Shown here: piece by piece, positions 38,884-53,166 of the stretch
How the letters are laid out: each line of letters opens with the position of its first letter
Position numbering within the stretch: the stretch's first letter is position 1
DNA from: an uncultured bacterium
Lineage (GTDB): Bacteria > Fidelibacterota > Marinisomatia > Marinisomatales > UBA1611
DNA: 64,000 bases
Assembly: GCA_943788175.1 (NCBI GenBank)
Contig: CALSPG010000007.1
Location: forward strand, 1-64,000
Direction of reading: 5' to 3'
Notes under the pieces: model-generated
Seen by the model: the letters and a program-made list of their open reading frames with translations, nothing else
What the model was told of the DNA's origin: nothing
Databases searched by the model: none
Position numbers and translations under genes: made by a program

Positions 38884-41385
38884 TTATTCTGTGTTTGGTT
38901 TTTCTTCTTCGGTTTCTTCTATGGTTTTTGGTTCTGTGTTCTCTTCAGTTTTCTCGGCTTCTTCCATCACTCTTGTGATCGATGAAATAATGCTTCCATC
39001 ATCTAATTTAACCAAACGAACACCTTGTGTTACTCGACCAATTGTTCTAATTGCACCAACGGGTTGACGCATCAACACCCCCGCATCAGTAATAACAATT
39101 AAATCATCTGAATCTACAACTTCCATTATTTTAACCATTTTACCCGTTTTATCAGTGCATCGCATTGTTAAAACACCTTTTCCGCCACGAGTTTGTGTTC
39201 GATATTGTATAACATCCGTTCTTTTTCCATACCCTTTTTCTGTTGCAACAAGAATCGTACCTTCTCTTTTAACAATTAACATACCGACAACATAATCATC
39301 TACTGAGCTAAGTTTAATTCCCCGAACACCCATTGTTTTTCGTCCACTAGGTCTAACATTCGTTTCTGAAAAACGAATTGATTTACCTTCATGTGTTCCT
39401 AATAATATATCGTGGTCGCCATTTGTTATTCGCGCTTCAATTAGTTGGTCATCTTCTCTGATTTCAATAGCGTATATACCACCTTTTCTCGGTTTTCCAT
39501 ACGCTGATAGAACTGTTTTTTTAACAACACCTTTTTTAGTTGCCATTACAATAAAGTGATCATCTTTAAACTCACTTACACTAACAAAGGCTTCTACTCT
39601 TTCTGTTGGGTCACAACCAATAAGGTTAACAATCGCTCGGCCCCTTGTCGCTCTCCCACCCTGTGGTATGTCATACACTTTCAGCCAAAAACATTTTCCT
39701 CTATCTGTAAAAAACAACATATAGTTATGTGTGTTTGCAATAAAAAGATGTTCAACAAAATCTTCGTCTTTACTACCAGCACCCTGTACACCTCGACCAC
39801 CTCGTCGTTGTGTTTTATATGTGTTAAGCGCTGTCCTTTTTATATAACCCTGATGAGTAATCGTTAAAACAACCTCTTCTTCAGCAATCATATCTTCCAT
39901 TGAAAAATCAGAATCGACCGGTATAATTTCAGTCCTTCTTTCATCTCCATAGTTTTCTTGAACCTCCAACAATTCACTTTTTATAATATCCATTCTTTGG
40001 TTTTTGTTTTCAAGAATACCCTTAAGGTTTGAAATAATTTTTATTAACTCTTTATACTCTTCAAGTACTTTATCAACCTCCAACCCTGTTAAACGTTGCA
40101 ACCTCATTTCTAATATTGCTTGAGCTTGTATTTCTGAAAGGTTAAAGTTGTTCATTAAGCCTTCTTTTGCAACGTTGGGGTTTTTACTCGCTTTAATTAA
40201 CTCAATGACAGCGTCGATATTATCCAGAGCAATTTTTAAACCCTCTAATATATGAGCCCTTGCCTCAGCTTGCCTTAACTCAAACTCTGTTCTCTTCACA
40301 ACCACTTCATGTCTAAAATCAACAAAGTGATTTAAAACCTCTTTTAACGGCATGATTTTTGGAACACCATTAACTAAAGCAAGTAAGATAATTCCAAACG
40401 TGTCTTGCAGTTGTGTAAATTTATAAAGTTGGTTTAAAATAACTTCAGGAACGGCGTCTCTTTTTGTTTCTATAACAACGCGAATTCCATCTTTATCAGA
40501 CTCATCTCTTAAGTCTGTAATACCAACAATCTTTTTATCTCTAACAAGGTCTGCTATTTTTTCTACTAAGTTTGCTTTATTACACTGGTATGGTAATTCA
40601 GTTATAACAACACTGTCTTTTCCTGACTTTGAGGATTCAATGTGCGCGCGAGCTCTTATTTTAATTTTGCCGCGGCCCGTATTATAAGCACTACTTAATC
40701 CGTCCATTCCCATAATTAAACCAGCTGTTGGGAAATCTGGCCCTTTGATGTGACCCATCAACTCTTCAGTGGAAATATCTGCGTTATCAATCATTGCAAT
40801 TAAACCACTAATTACCTCTGTTAGGTTGTGTGGTGGTATTTTTGTTGCCATACCTACAGCAATACCTTCAGATCCGTTTACCAGTAGTGTTGGAACAGTT
40901 GTTGGTAAAACGGTTGGTTCTTTTAATGTTTCGTCAAAGTTAACTGTCCAACTAACAGTTTCCTTATCAAGATCTTTTAACATCTCGCTTGTAAGTTTTG
41001 TCATTCTAGATTCCGTATAACGCATTGCAGCTGCATTATCACCATCAACAGAACCAAAGTTTCCTTGACCATCTACAAGTTCGTATCTCATTGAAAACGC
41101 TTGTGCCATTCTTACTAAAGCATCATAAACCGAAGAGTCGCCGTGCGGGTGGTACTTACCTAGAACATCTCCAACAATTCTAGCTGATTTTTTATAAGGC
41201 CTATTCCAAGAAGAACCGAGTTCGCTCATTCCATATAAAATTCTTCTATGAACAGGTTTTAAACCATCTCTAACATCTGGAAGTGCTCTTGAAACTATTA
41301 CAGACATGGAGTAGTTTAAATAACTCTCCCTCATCTCATCTACAATGTCTCTAGGGAGGGTATTGTCTCTATTTATATCAACCAT
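38884..41385 (-). CDS. gyrA: DNA gyrase subunit A
   Basis: [26 protein letters not shown], GyrA-box QRRGGRG. Confidence 0.98.
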   Translation of the reverse strand: MVDINRDNTLPRDIVDEMRESYLNYSMSVIVSRALPDVRDGLKPVHRRILYGMSELGSSWNRPYKKSARIVGDVLGKYHPHGDSSVYDALVRMAQAFSMRYELVDGQGNFGSVDGDNAAAMRYTESRMTKLTSEMLKDLDKETVSWTVNFDETLKEPTVLPTTVPTLLVNGSEGIAVGMATKIPPHNLTEVISGLIAMIDNADISTEELMGHIKGPDFPTAGLIMGMDGLSSAYNTGRGKIKIRARAHIESSKSGKDSVVITELPYQCNKANLVEKIADLVRDKKIVGITDLRDESDKDGIRVVIETKRDAVPEVILNQLYKFTQLQDTFGIILLALVNGVPKIMPLKEVLNHFVDFRHEVVVKRTEFELRQAEARAHILEGLKIALDNIDAVIELIKASKNPNVAKEGLMNNFNLSEIQAQAILEMRLQRLTGLEVDKVLEEYKELIKIISNLKGILENKNQRMDIIKSELLEVQENYGDERRTEIIPVDSDFSMEDMIAEEEVVLTITHQGYIKRTALNTYKTQRRGGRGVQGAGSKDEDFVEHLFIANTHNYMLFFTDRGKCFWLKVYDIPQGGRATRGRAIVNLIGCDPTERVEAFVSVSEFKDDHFIVMATKKGVVKKTVLSAYGKPRKGGIYAIEIREDDQLIEARITNGDHDILLGTHEGKSIRFSETNVRPSGRKTMGVRGIKLSSVDDYVVGMLIVKREGTILVATEKGYGKRTDVIQYRTQTRGGKGVLTMRCTDKTGKMVKIMEVVDSDDLIVITDAGVLMRQPVGAIRTIGRVTQGVRLVKLDDGSIISSITRVMEEAEKTEENTEPKTIEETEEEKPNTE

Positions 41386-41395
41386 TTTAAATCCT

Positions 41396-43618
<2,223 letters not shown>

Positions 43619-43632
<14 letters not shown>

Positions 43633-44731
43633 TTATTTGTAAATGGTGTTTATTAACCTCATTAAACTCTAGAAAGAAATCGTTTTCTTTTATGTTTACG
43701 ATATTGGTTGTTGTTATTATTGTTTGTGTTTTTTTTTCTTTGTTTTTAAATCTTTCCACAAATCTTAATAATTTTTTACTTCTTTCTTTATCTAAATTAG
43801 CAAACATATCATCAATTAAAAAAATCGGTGTTTTTTGTGTTTTTTGTGACAGAAAAAGCTGTTCTGTTATTTTTAAGAGCGCAAGAAAAAGTTTATGTTC
43901 TCCTTGTGATCCGTGGTTTTTAATTTGTTTCTGATCCCAAAAAAAGAAAACGTCGTCTCTATGGGGACCAAAAGAAGTGTGTTTCTTTTTAATATCAGAA
44001 TCTTTTTTTTCAATGAGTTTAAGATTGTATTCTTCCTCGTCTTTAGTTTTTAAGTCATATTTGATGTCTAGGTTTAAATTTTGATCAAACTTTTTTACGG
44101 TGTTTATAAAAAAAGAAATAAATTCATTCATTAGGGACTTTCTTTTTAACCAAAGAGAAAAACCTTTTTGGATTAACGGTTTGTTCCAAATTTCTAATTC
44201 TTTTTGCTTTTTAATTGTGTTTTTTTCTGTTCTTAAAAGAGAGTTTCTTTGTTTTAATATTTTATTATATGATAACAGTTCGTTTAAATAACTATAAGAA
44301 CAAATAGAAAAGATTTTATCAAAATAGTTTCTTCTGTTTAGGGGTGAACCTTTTGTTATTTCTTCTTCTTCTGGGGAAAAAATAACAACATTGTTTAGGC
44401 CTAATAATTCTTTTCTTTTTTTAATCGGTTTTTTATTTATTGTTATTTTTTTTAAGCCAGACGTGTCTTGGGATAAAGTAACTTCGTTTTTAGAGTTGTC
44501 TTTGTTTTTAAAAAAACCTTTAATAAAAAAATTTTTATCACCTTTTTTTATTAAGTCAACTTTATTATTTGTTCTAAAACTTTTACCGTAAGACAAACTA
44601 TGAATAGCCTCTAAAATTGATGTTTTACCGGAACCATTTTCACCCCAAATAATTGTTAGACCTGGATTAAAATTTATATTTGTTTTCTTGTGGTTTCTGA
44701 AAGAAATCATCTCAAGTTTGTTGATTTCCAT
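43619..44731 (-). CDS. recF: DNA replication/repair protein RecF
   Basis: FRNH, GENGSGKTSILEAI, GPHRDD, GSQGE, LIDD. Confidence 0.95.
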
Positions 44732-44746
44732 TTAGATGTTTTTTTT

Positions 44747-45853
44747 TCAACTATTTAATCGAACAGGCATTAATAACATCGTTTTGTTTTCTTCTTCTTC
44801 ACTACCTGTAAACAATGTTGCACTAATAGGTGTGTTTAATTTTATTATAACCTCTTCACCTGAAATATGACTAATAACATCTTTAAGATATTCACCATTA
44901 TATCCGATGATTAAATCATCTCCTTCATACTCACCTATTATTTCTTCCTTAGCTCTAGAACTTGATTCAGGATCCTCGGTGTGAATAATAAAAGAGTTGT
45001 TAGAAACATTAAAAGCAACTTGGTGTGTTGATTTGTTTGAAAAAATCGATACTCTTTTAATGGCTCCTAAAACACTTTTTTTGTCTACTTTTAAAATTTT
45101 AGTGTTATCCGTTGGTATAACGCTTTCATAGTCTGGAAAAACCTCATTTATGGTTCTAGAAATTATTGTATCTTGATTTATTGTCGCTGTCATATGTGTT
45201 TCACCAATTGATAATAAAATATCATCGTTTGATAAAAAGGTAGATAAATATGATAAGAATTTTTTTGGTACCACAATATCACCAACAAACGTATCTACTT
45301 TATAATCATCTTTAATTGTTTTTACCAACCTGTGTCCGTCTGTTGCAACAGCGGTTAAACCTGTACTATTAAACCGGAAAAGAACACCGGTTAAAGAGGG
45401 TTTTAAATCATCTTTACTTACAGCAAAAAGCGTCGAGTCAATAATGTTTCTAAAAACATTCCCAGATATACTTAATCTGTTTTTTTCTTCTACTTTTGGC
45501 ATTGTGGGAAATTCTTCTTTTTGTTTTCCCATTAAATCATAAGATCCAGAATTTGTTTTTATTTCTATTTTGTTTTTTATATCTGCTATTATCGTAATTC
45601 TAGTTTCTGGTAATTCATTTGTTATATCATATAGTTGCTTTAGTGGAACAGCTGCTGAACCCTCTTCTTCAATACTGACAGATATTTCTAAATCGATAGT
45701 TAGCTCAAGATCAGTAGTTCTAAGAGTTGTTTTATCATTTGAAGCTGTAATTAAAACACAACTTAAAATTGGAAGTGTTGATCTTGTGGGTGTTGCTTTA
45801 GATAGTTTTTGAAGAGCTTGTTGTAATTCGTTTTTAGATGTGGAAAATTTCAT
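44747..45853 (-). CDS. dnaN: DNA polymerase III beta clamp
   Basis: TLPILS, TDLE, VATDGHRL, FPDYE.VIP, LLMPVR. Confidence 0.97.
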   Translation of the reverse strand: MKFSTSKNELQQALQKLSKATPTRSTLPILSCVLITASNDKTTLRTTDLELTIDLEISVSIEEEGSAAVPLKQLYDITNELPETRITIIADIKNKIEIKTNSGSYDLMGKQKEEFPTMPKVEEKNRLSISGNVFRNIIDSTLFAVSKDDLKPSLTGVLFRFNSTGLTAVATDGHRLVKTIKDDYKVDTFVGDIVVPKKFLSYLSTFLSNDDILLSIGETHMTATINQDTIISRTINEVFPDYESVIPTDNTKILKVDKKSVLGAIKRVSIFSNKSTHQVAFNVSNNSFIIHTEDPESSSRAKEEIIGEYEGDDLIIGYNGEYLKDVISHISGEEVIIKLNTPISATLFTGSEEEENKTMLLMPVRLNS

Positions 45854-45959
45854 AAAACCTAAAATTTATTGTGTTAACAAAAAGATAAATACATAACTGT
45901 ATTTTAACTTCATAAAATACTTATAAGGACTCTTTTTTAAAAGATATTATGTCAACATT

Positions 45960-46199
45960 ATGGAATAAGAAGAAAAGTAAAAACAGTAATTAATATTATT
46001 TATAGCGGTGTATTTGTGGATAACAACAATAACTATCTAATATAAATTATTATTATTTAATTTAATTAAAAGACTTAAAGAATATTATAAAGTCTTTCAT
46101 TGTGGATAAAAGGTATAATTTGTTAAGAAAAACAAGTTATTGTTTTTCAAAATAAAAATCCACACTACATAATTAAGATGTGGATAACAATGTGGATAA
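45960..46199. other. Candidate oriC: four perfect DnaA boxes plus an AT-rich/DnaA-trio-like segment toward dnaN
   Basis: TGTGGATAA at 46015-46023, 46101-46109, 46179-46187 and 46191-46199. On the minus strand the first box is followed by CACCGC and then CTA TAA ATA ATA TTA.., resembling the basal unwinding architecture upstream of dnaN. Confidence 0.7.
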
Positions 46200-47480
46200 C
46201 TAACTATTTATCTTTATGTATTTTTCTTTTTTTGCTTTTTCTATCCAAGAGTTATACCAATTCATTTTTTTATTATTCAACGCCATCATTTCAATTTTTG
46301 GCCAATGGTCTTCTATTTTTGGTTTTCCACCTTCTTTGATTCTTTCTAACCAAAGTAAATGAAAACCGTAAGAAGTGTTAATTGGGGGGCTGCATTCACC
46401 TTTTTTAATATAACTCAAAGCTAAACCAAATTCTTTTATTGGGTAACTGCTTGGAATTATCCAACCGAGGTCTCCACCAATACCAGCGGTTTGATAGTCT
46501 TTTGAATGTTTTTCAGTAAAAAACTTAAAATCTTTTAAAGTATTACAAGAGTCTTTTAATTGAGTTGCAAAATTAAAGGCTCTTTCTTCATCTTTTTTCT
46601 GTATTTCAGGACTAATTAATATATGTCTTACCCTTGCTTTATCACCTTTTCTCTCAAAAACCTCTAATATGTGAAAACCGACATCTGTTTCAATTGGTTC
46701 GCTTATTACATTCTCTTTTATTGTAAAAGCGGTCTCTTCAAATTCTTTTAAAAGAGATCCTCTCTTTACCCAACCAAGGTTTCCTCCTTTATCTTTAGAA
46801 CCTGGGTCCATTGAAAAGTTTCTAGCAAACTCTTCAAAACTCTCACCTTTGTTTATTTTAGCTTTAATGTTTTTTAATAAAAGAACAGTTTCTTTTTTTA
46901 AACTATCACTGGGGGTTGGTTTAATTAATAAATGTCTTAGTTTTGCTTCTGTTGGGAAAACAGGAAGACTGTCTCTATAGACTTTAAAAAAAGACAAAAC
47001 CTCATCTTTAGATATTTTTACTTTTGATAATAGTTTTTGTTGATATTTTTCTGATATTATTTTGTCTTTCATGTCATACCAAAACTCAGAACGAAAAGAT
47101 TTAATGCTTTGACCCAGCATTTTTTCTGCTGCTTTTTCCCCACCAGCTTGTAAAACAATTCCATTAACCTGCTGGTCTAACGCTTGGTTTATTTCGTTTT
47201 CTGTAAATTCGACAGTAGTATCTTTTTCAGCTAGTTTTAATAATATTTTTTGATCAATCATTGACCCCAAAACAACAGATCTTAATTTTAAGAAACCGTT
47301 TATATCTTCATTTGGGTTTATGTTTTGTTGAATCGCCATCATGTTTACCATTTGGCTTAGGTCGCTTTTTAAAATAATTTTATCTTCCACAACAGCAGCC
47401 ACACCATCAACAATCAAAACATTGTTTTGACTGTTTAAAATATTTAAAACAAGTACTAAAACTAAAATTAAAAAATTCAC
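46200..47480 (-). CDS. surA: SurA-like chaperone/peptidyl-prolyl isomerase
   Basis: VDGVAAVV..IL.SD; two parvulin domains (RHLLI..S.DPGS..GGNLGW..GFHIL; RHILI..GGDLGW..GFHL). Confidence 0.85.
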   Translation of the reverse strand: MNFLILVLVLVLNILNSQNNVLIVDGVAAVVEDKIILKSDLSQMVNMMAIQQNINPNEDINGFLKLRSVVLGSMIDQKILLKLAEKDTTVEFTENEINQALDQQVNGIVLQAGGEKAAEKMLGQSIKSFRSEFWYDMKDKIISEKYQQKLLSKVKISKDEVLSFFKVYRDSLPVFPTEAKLRHLLIKPTPSDSLKKETVLLLKNIKAKINKGESFEEFARNFSMDPGSKDKGGNLGWVKRGSLLKEFEETAFTIKENVISEPIETDVGFHILEVFERKGDKARVRHILISPEIQKKDEERAFNFATQLKDSCNTLKDFKFFTEKHSKDYQTAGIGGDLGWIIPSSYPIKEFGLALSYIKKGECSPPINTSYGFHLLWLERIKEGGKPKIEDHWPKIEMMALNNKKMNWYNSWIEKAKKEKYIKINS

Positions 47481-48265
47481 TTACTAACCTCCGGAGAAAT
47501 ATAAATATCTGCGTTTACATACAAACTATCTAAGACCTTTTTTAAAAAAACAACCTCTTTGTTTTTAATGATCCTTTGTTGTATTTCATCATAAACAACC
47601 TCAAGACCCTTTATTGTTCCCTTTTTGTTTTTTTTTAAAATTTCAAAAACGTGGTAAGAAGATCTTATTTTTTTTGGTCCAACAACATCCCCAACAACGT
47701 GGCTAAAAACAAAACCTATTAAATTATCACCAACGAGACTTTTTTTAACTGTTTTTATTTCTGGTTTATATTTGTACATATATTCTTCTAAAAGAGAACC
47801 TTTTTTATTTGATTTTAATAGTTTTTTTAATTTTACAGCATCATTCTTTGTGGGCAAAACAAAGTGTTTTAACCTAATTTCATCTTCATTTCTTATAAAA
47901 GATTTTTTATGGGTTCTATAATAGTTTGACACTTCCTTTTTTGAAATAGTAATTTGTTTTTTTGCTTCTAGCTCTAAAAAAGAACCAATAAGTAAATCCT
48001 TATAAAAATCTTCTTTTTTTTCTATTAAAAGAAAGTCTTTATCTAGGTTTGCGTTTAGAGCGGCTTCATATAGCAACGTTTTTTCAACCCAGTTGTTTGT
48101 AAGATGTAGAACAGAATTAGAACTAACTAAATCACCATCGGTCTTATCTATAATGTTTTTCTTTGTTAAAATGTTCTCACCTACACGTGCAACAACACCC
48201 TCTTCAATGTCTTTATTTGAAGAACAGGAAAAAACAGTAATAAGTAGAAGCGTAAGTATAATCAT
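47477..48265 (-). CDS. PpiC/PrsA-like peptidyl-prolyl isomerase lipoprotein (degenerate)
   Basis: Lipobox VFSC, VVARVG, EV.NYY, rotamase-like segment; between mfd and surA. Confidence 0.7.
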   Translation of the reverse strand: MIILTLLLITVFSCSSNKDIEEGVVARVGENILTKKNIIDKTDGDLVSSNSVLHLTNNWVEKTLLYEAALNANLDKDFLLIEKKEDFYKDLLIGSFLELEAKKQITISKKEVSNYYRTHKKSFIRNEDEIRLKHFVLPTKNDAVKLKKLLKSNKKGSLLEEYMYKYKPEIKTVKKSLVGDNLIGFVFSHVVGDVVGPKKIRSSYHVFEILKKNKKGTIKGLEVVYDEIQQRIIKNKEVVFLKKVLDSLYVNADIYISPEVSK

Positions 48266-48286
48266 TAGGTATTAACCGGGTAAAAA

Positions 48287-51200
48287 TTAAACAAAAAACA
48301 AGTTAGTTGAACTATTGATGTTTTTATACCAATCAAAACCATCTAAATAAGAAAAAACCAAGGAAAAACACTCGTTATCTTCTTCGAATTTTCTGTTTTG
48401 AATGTTTTTATTTTCAAAGGACAAAACACTGTTGATAAAGGTTTCTCCAACTTTTTCTTGGTCTAAAATAAAAACAACACTGTTTTTATTAATGGAAAGG
48501 CTCTTAACAATGGAATTTTTAAGAGATATTTTTAACCGCGATAAATTTAAATAATTAACGGTTTCTTTTGGTGGTTTTCCGTAGCGATCAATTAGTTCGT
48601 TTTGAATATCTAAAACCCTGTCAGCGCTAGTAGCTTTATTAATCTTTGTATAAAAAGAAAAACGCTCTGTTTCACCTTTTACAAAAAACAAAGGAATTAA
48701 CGATTTTCCAAAAAAGAAGACATCTACATCTTTGCCCGGTTCTTTTTTGTTTAATTTTTTACCAACAGATTTTTTAAGAAGACTGTTGTAGTGCTCTAGT
48801 CCAACTCTTGAGATTTGACCACTTTGTTTGTAACCAAAAACAGCACCACCACCCCTTATGTCGAGGTCGTTTGTTGCTATATTGTACCCAGAACCCAAAG
48901 AGGTGTGCCGCTCTATTGTTTTTAATCTTTTATATGCTTTTTCACTTAATTTTGTCTTTTTTGGAACAAATAAATAACAACTAGCCTGGCGCGAAGACCT
49001 ACCAACACGTCCCCTTATCTGATATAGTTGACTTAAACCAAGGTTTTGAGGGTTGTTAATAATAATACAATTAGCGTTTGAAACGTCTAAACCCGACTCT
49101 ATAATTGTACTGCAAACTAAAACAGATATTTTACCGTCAAAAAAACCAAGTAAGTTTTTTTCAAGGTCTTTACTGCTTTGTTGTCCGTGTATAAAATCAA
49201 CCTTTTCGCTTGGGAAAAGTTCTTGGATTTTTTCAACATAATACTCAATTGATTCTACGTTGTTATGTAAAAAATATACCTGCCCGCCCCTTAAAAGTTC
49301 TTTTTCAATGATTTGTTCTGTTCTTTTCCAAGAAAAAAACTCAACAAAAGTACTTATTGGTTTTCTTGTTGTTGGTGGCGTTTCTATTCTACTAATATCT
49401 CGAATTCCAAGCATTGATTGTTGAAGTGTTCTTGGTATTGGTGTAGCAGACATCGATAAAACATCCACGTTGTTTTTTAATGCGCGAATACTTTCTTTAT
49501 GTTTAACCCCAAACCGGTGTTCCTCATCAATAATAAGTAAACCAAGGAATGGCATTACCACATCATCAGATAATAAACGGTGTGTGCCTATAACAAGGTT
49601 TATCTTACCAGTTAAGACCTGCCCAAGAACCTCTTTTTGTGTTTTTCTTGTTTGAAATCGCGAAAGTAAAGCAACAGACACACCCAAAGGCTCAAGTCTT
49701 TCTTTTGTTGTTATGTAGTGCTGATCAGAAAGAACGGTTGTTGGACAGAGCAGCACCACCTGCTTTGAAAACGCAACAACACGAACGATAGCCCTTAAAG
49801 CAACCTCCGTTTTACCAAAACCAACATCACCACAAATAAGTCTATCCATTGGTTTTTTGCTTTTTAAGTCAAAAAGAACATCTTTTATTGCTTGTTTTTG
49901 ATCTATCGTTTCTTTGAAAGGAAAAGATTTTTTAATTGCACGCTCAAACTCGAGACTCTTTATATAGCTAAAACCACGCGGTCTTTCTCTTGAATTATAA
50001 ATTTCTACCAACGAATCAGAAACAACCTCAACTTCTTTTTTTGTTTTTGATATGTTTTTTTGCCATTCTTTTCCACCAAGTTTGTTTAGGGTTGGTTTTC
50101 CACCAACATTAACATATTTATGAACAAGGTTTGCTTTGTTTATTGGTACAAAAAGAGTTCCACCGTCTTTATAAACCAGTTTAATATATTCTTTTTCATA
50201 ACCGCTTGGGCCCCGAACCACCAAACCACCGAACTTACCAACACCGTGAGACACGTGAACAAGTAAGTCACCAACAACAATGTTTGATAAGTTGTTTATT
50301 AATAATGGTTTGTGCGACTTGTTTCCTCTGTGTTTTTTTAAATCAGGAACAAAGTATAAGTTTTTTGATTTTATTTTTATAGTTGTATTTATCAAACCCC
50401 TTTGTGTTGAAAAACCAAGTTTCTCCAAGTTGTTTTTTCTACTGTTTTTCGTAATAAAAACCACCACGTTTTCAATTCCAACCTTGTTTCCAAAAACCAA
50501 TAATTCTTTTTTGTTTTTTATGGTGTTGGTTTTTTTTTCAGATAAAAAACTTAGCTTTTCATGACCAGGGTTTAATGTGTATTTATTATTGTTGTTTTTT
50601 AAGTTTATTACAAGGTCCCAATCGAAAAAAGCAAACAAACTCTTCCCCATTTCTACTGGCTCACCAAGTAAATCGTAAAAAACAAAACCCTTTGTGTTTT
50701 TAGTTGATCGCTGACTGTCAATATTAAAAAAGGTTATTTCTTCCACGACATTAAAGGCAAAAACCACACGCAATGGTTCTTGTGTGTTTTCAGGGTAAAT
50801 ATCAACAATTTCACCGCGAAGAGAAAACTCTTTCGGGTTGTACACGTAATCAACCTTTTTATATCCAAAAGAAAATAGTTTTTCACAAAAACTATCTCTA
50901 TCAAGTTGTTGCCCCACCTCTAAAACAAGTTTTCTAAACACTGTTTTTTTATTTATGTTTTTAACATGAGCAACACTTTCTAGACTTGTACAAACACCGC
51001 CCTCCGGTTTCGATAAACCAACCAAAGCTTCAGACCTAAAAAAGTTGTGTTGTGTTTCAAAACCGGGAACAATAGCATTTTTTGACTGTTCTGGATAATA
51101 AAACAAAGAACCACTAAAAAACTCTTTTTGTCGTAAAAAACTTGAAGCAAACCCACTATCTGCTAAAACCAAAACACGAAACCCCTTCTTGTTTTTAGAG

Positions 51201-51298
51201 AGTAGGTTTAAAAAAACAACCAATAGGTCTGGCTGTAGCCCCGTTATTGTTCCACCCCTCAACAAATGTTCAAACTCTTTATTAAATATATGTTTCAC
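48287..51298 (-). CDS. mfd: Transcription-repair coupling factor
   Basis: FSLRGEIVD, VH..HGVG, CGDVGFGKTEVA, DEEHRFGV, SATPIPRTL, QIRGRVGRS, DLDIRG. Confidence 0.95.
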   Translation of the reverse strand: MKHIFNKEFEHLLRGGTITGLQPDLLVVFLNLLSKNKKGFRVLVLADSGFASSFLRQKEFFSGSLFYYPEQSKNAIVPGFETQHNFFRSEALVGLSKPEGGVCTSLESVAHVKNINKKTVFRKLVLEVGQQLDRDSFCEKLFSFGYKKVDYVYNPKEFSLRGEIVDIYPENTQEPLRVVFAFNVVEEITFFNIDSQRSTKNTKGFVFYDLLGEPVEMGKSLFAFFDWDLVINLKNNNNKYTLNPGHEKLSFLSEKKTNTIKNKKELLVFGNKVGIENVVVFITKNSRKNNLEKLGFSTQRGLINTTIKIKSKNLYFVPDLKKHRGNKSHKPLLINNLSNIVVGDLLVHVSHGVGKFGGLVVRGPSGYEKEYIKLVYKDGGTLFVPINKANLVHKYVNVGGKPTLNKLGGKEWQKNISKTKKEVEVVSDSLVEIYNSRERPRGFSYIKSLEFERAIKKSFPFKETIDQKQAIKDVLFDLKSKKPMDRLICGDVGFGKTEVALRAIVRVVAFSKQVVLLCPTTVLSDQHYITTKERLEPLGVSVALLSRFQTRKTQKEVLGQVLTGKINLVIGTHRLLSDDVVMPFLGLLIIDEEHRFGVKHKESIRALKNNVDVLSMSATPIPRTLQQSMLGIRDISRIETPPTTRKPISTFVEFFSWKRTEQIIEKELLRGGQVYFLHNNVESIEYYVEKIQELFPSEKVDFIHGQQSSKDLEKNLLGFFDGKISVLVCSTIIESGLDVSNANCIIINNPQNLGLSQLYQIRGRVGRSSRQASCYLFVPKKTKLSEKAYKRLKTIERHTSLGSGYNIATNDLDIRGGGAVFGYKQSGQISRVGLEHYNSLLKKSVGKKLNKKEPGKDVDVFFFGKSLIPLFFVKGETERFSFYTKINKATSADRVLDIQNELIDRYGKPPKETVNYLNLSRLKISLKNSIVKSLSINKNSVVFILDQEKVGETFINSVLSFENKNIQNRKFEEDNECFSLVFSYLDGFDWYKNINSSTNLFFV

Positions 51299-51306
51299 GT
51301 GAAACG
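51291..51306. other. parS site TGTTTCACGTGAAACG
   Basis: 15/16 match to consensus TGTTTCACGTGAAACA; origin-proximal. Confidence 0.9.
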
Positions 51307-51308
51307 GG

Positions 51309-53158
51309 TTATGTTTTTAACAGGTAAATCATTAATGCTGATACATCTGACGGTGACACGCCTGATATTCTACTCGCTTGCCCAAATGTTTGCGGCTTAA
51401 CAATATTGAGTTTTTCTCTTCCCTCTATCGAAATACCTTTAAACTTAGAATAGTTTATGTTTGGTTTGATTTTAAGGTTTTCGTTTGCGCTTTGTTTTTT
51501 TATCTCTAACAAATGTCTTTTTATGTACCCATCATATTTTATTTCTGTTTCTATGTCTTCCAGGGCTTCAAGAAAAGACCATTTTTTAGATTTAAAGTTC
51601 TTTGGCATAAGGTTTGTTTTTTTAAGTGTGTCCCGAAGGTTGCTTTCTGGTCTTTTTATGTATTCACTTATCGGCGTTGCTTGTTTTAGGTTGAAAAACG
51701 AAAGGTCTTTTGTTTGAATGGATTTTTCACTAATTCGTAAAACCGTATTTCTATCGACCAGTCTTTTTTCAATTATTTCTTTTTCGTCTGTGTTTAATAG
51801 GTTGTGATTGGTGGCGGTTTTATATAGTCTTGTTTCTGTGTTTGAATATCTCAACATCATTCGATATTCTGCTCGACTGGTAAACATTCTATATGGCTCA
51901 TCTGTATCTTTTGTGACGAGGTCATCAATTAGCACCCCAATGTAACCTTCAGACCTTTTTATGGTTAACTCTTTTTTGTTTAGTGTTTTGTTTGCGGCGT
52001 TTATTCCAGCTATAAGTCCTTGAGCTGCGGCTTCCTCATAGCCCGATGTTCCGTTAATTTGACCAGCAAAAAACAACCCAAAAACCTCCTTGGACTCCAA
52101 GGTTGTTTTAAGTTGAGATGGCGCGATGCAGTCATATTCAATAGCATACCCGGGACGTAAAAACTCAACATTTTTAAAAGCAGGAATTGTTTTAAGGCTT
52201 TCAGTTTGTACCGACTCTGGTAAGCTAGTAGAAAAACCATTTATATATATCTGGTCAGACCTATACCACTCTGGTTCTAAAAACAATAGATGTGATGGTT
52301 GATCCGAAAAACGTTTTACTTTGTCTTCAATTGAGGGGCAGTATCTCGGCCCAACTCCCTTGATTTCTCCGTTGTACATTGGTGAGAGGTGGGCTTTTTT
52401 TTCAATAATTGCGTGTGTTTTTTCGCTTGTCCTAACAGTGTGGCAAGGTTCGTTTTTTGGAGAAAATTTTGATGTAAAATAAGAGAAAGGTGTTGGGTTT
52501 CTGTCGCCAAAATCCTCTGTTGTTTTTTCCCAGTCAATACTAGACTTTAAAACCCTTGGCGGTGTACCTGTTTTGAGTCGCATAGTCCTAAACCCAACCG
52601 TCCTTAAATATTCAGTCATACCGATCGATGCTGATTCACCCATTCTACCCGCTAAAACCTTTCTATCTCCAATATGAATCACCCCAGATAAAAACGTTCC
52701 ACACGTTATTACGACAGCGTTTGAAAGGACCCGGTCTCCACTTCTTAAAACCACACCAAAAACAGAATTGTTTTTAATTAATAGCGATGTGGCTTCCCCC
52801 TTTATTATGGATATGTTTTTATCATTTAGAACAGTCTCAGATATGTTTTTTTCATATATTCGTTTATCTACTTGTGCTCTTGGGGACCAAACAGACCTGC
52901 CTTTTGATTTGTTTAGTATTTTAAATTGCAACCCAGAAGTGTCAGCTGTTTTTGCCATTAAACCACCTAGATATCAATTTCTCTGACAATCTGCCCTTTT
53001 GCTATTCCACCGATAGCAGGATTACAAGACATTCTACCAATACTTTTTTCATCCATTGTAATTAGAGATACTTTACAGCCAATTTTTGAAGCAATTTTAG
53101 CCGCCTCCACCCCTGCATGACCACCACCAACAACAACAATGTTCTTTTTTTGTTTCAC
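51309..53158 (-). CDS. mnmG: tRNA uridine-5-carboxymethylaminomethyl(34) synthesis enzyme MnmG/GidA (frameshift near 52968)
   Basis: ORF 52967-53158 ([22 protein letters not shown]) joins ORF 51309-52958 ([41 protein letters not shown]) if one base is restored. Confidence 0.95.
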
Positions 53159-53166
53159 GTGAAACT
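53151..53166. other. parS site TGTTTCACGTGAAACT
   Basis: 15/16 match to the parS consensus; 14-bp perfect palindrome. Confidence 0.9.

Noticed and set aside
46069-46097. 8-bp inverted repeat AAAGACTT/AAGTCTTT among the DnaA boxes
   Set aside because: Short and AT-rich; cannot be distinguished from chance or assigned as a terminator or binding site.
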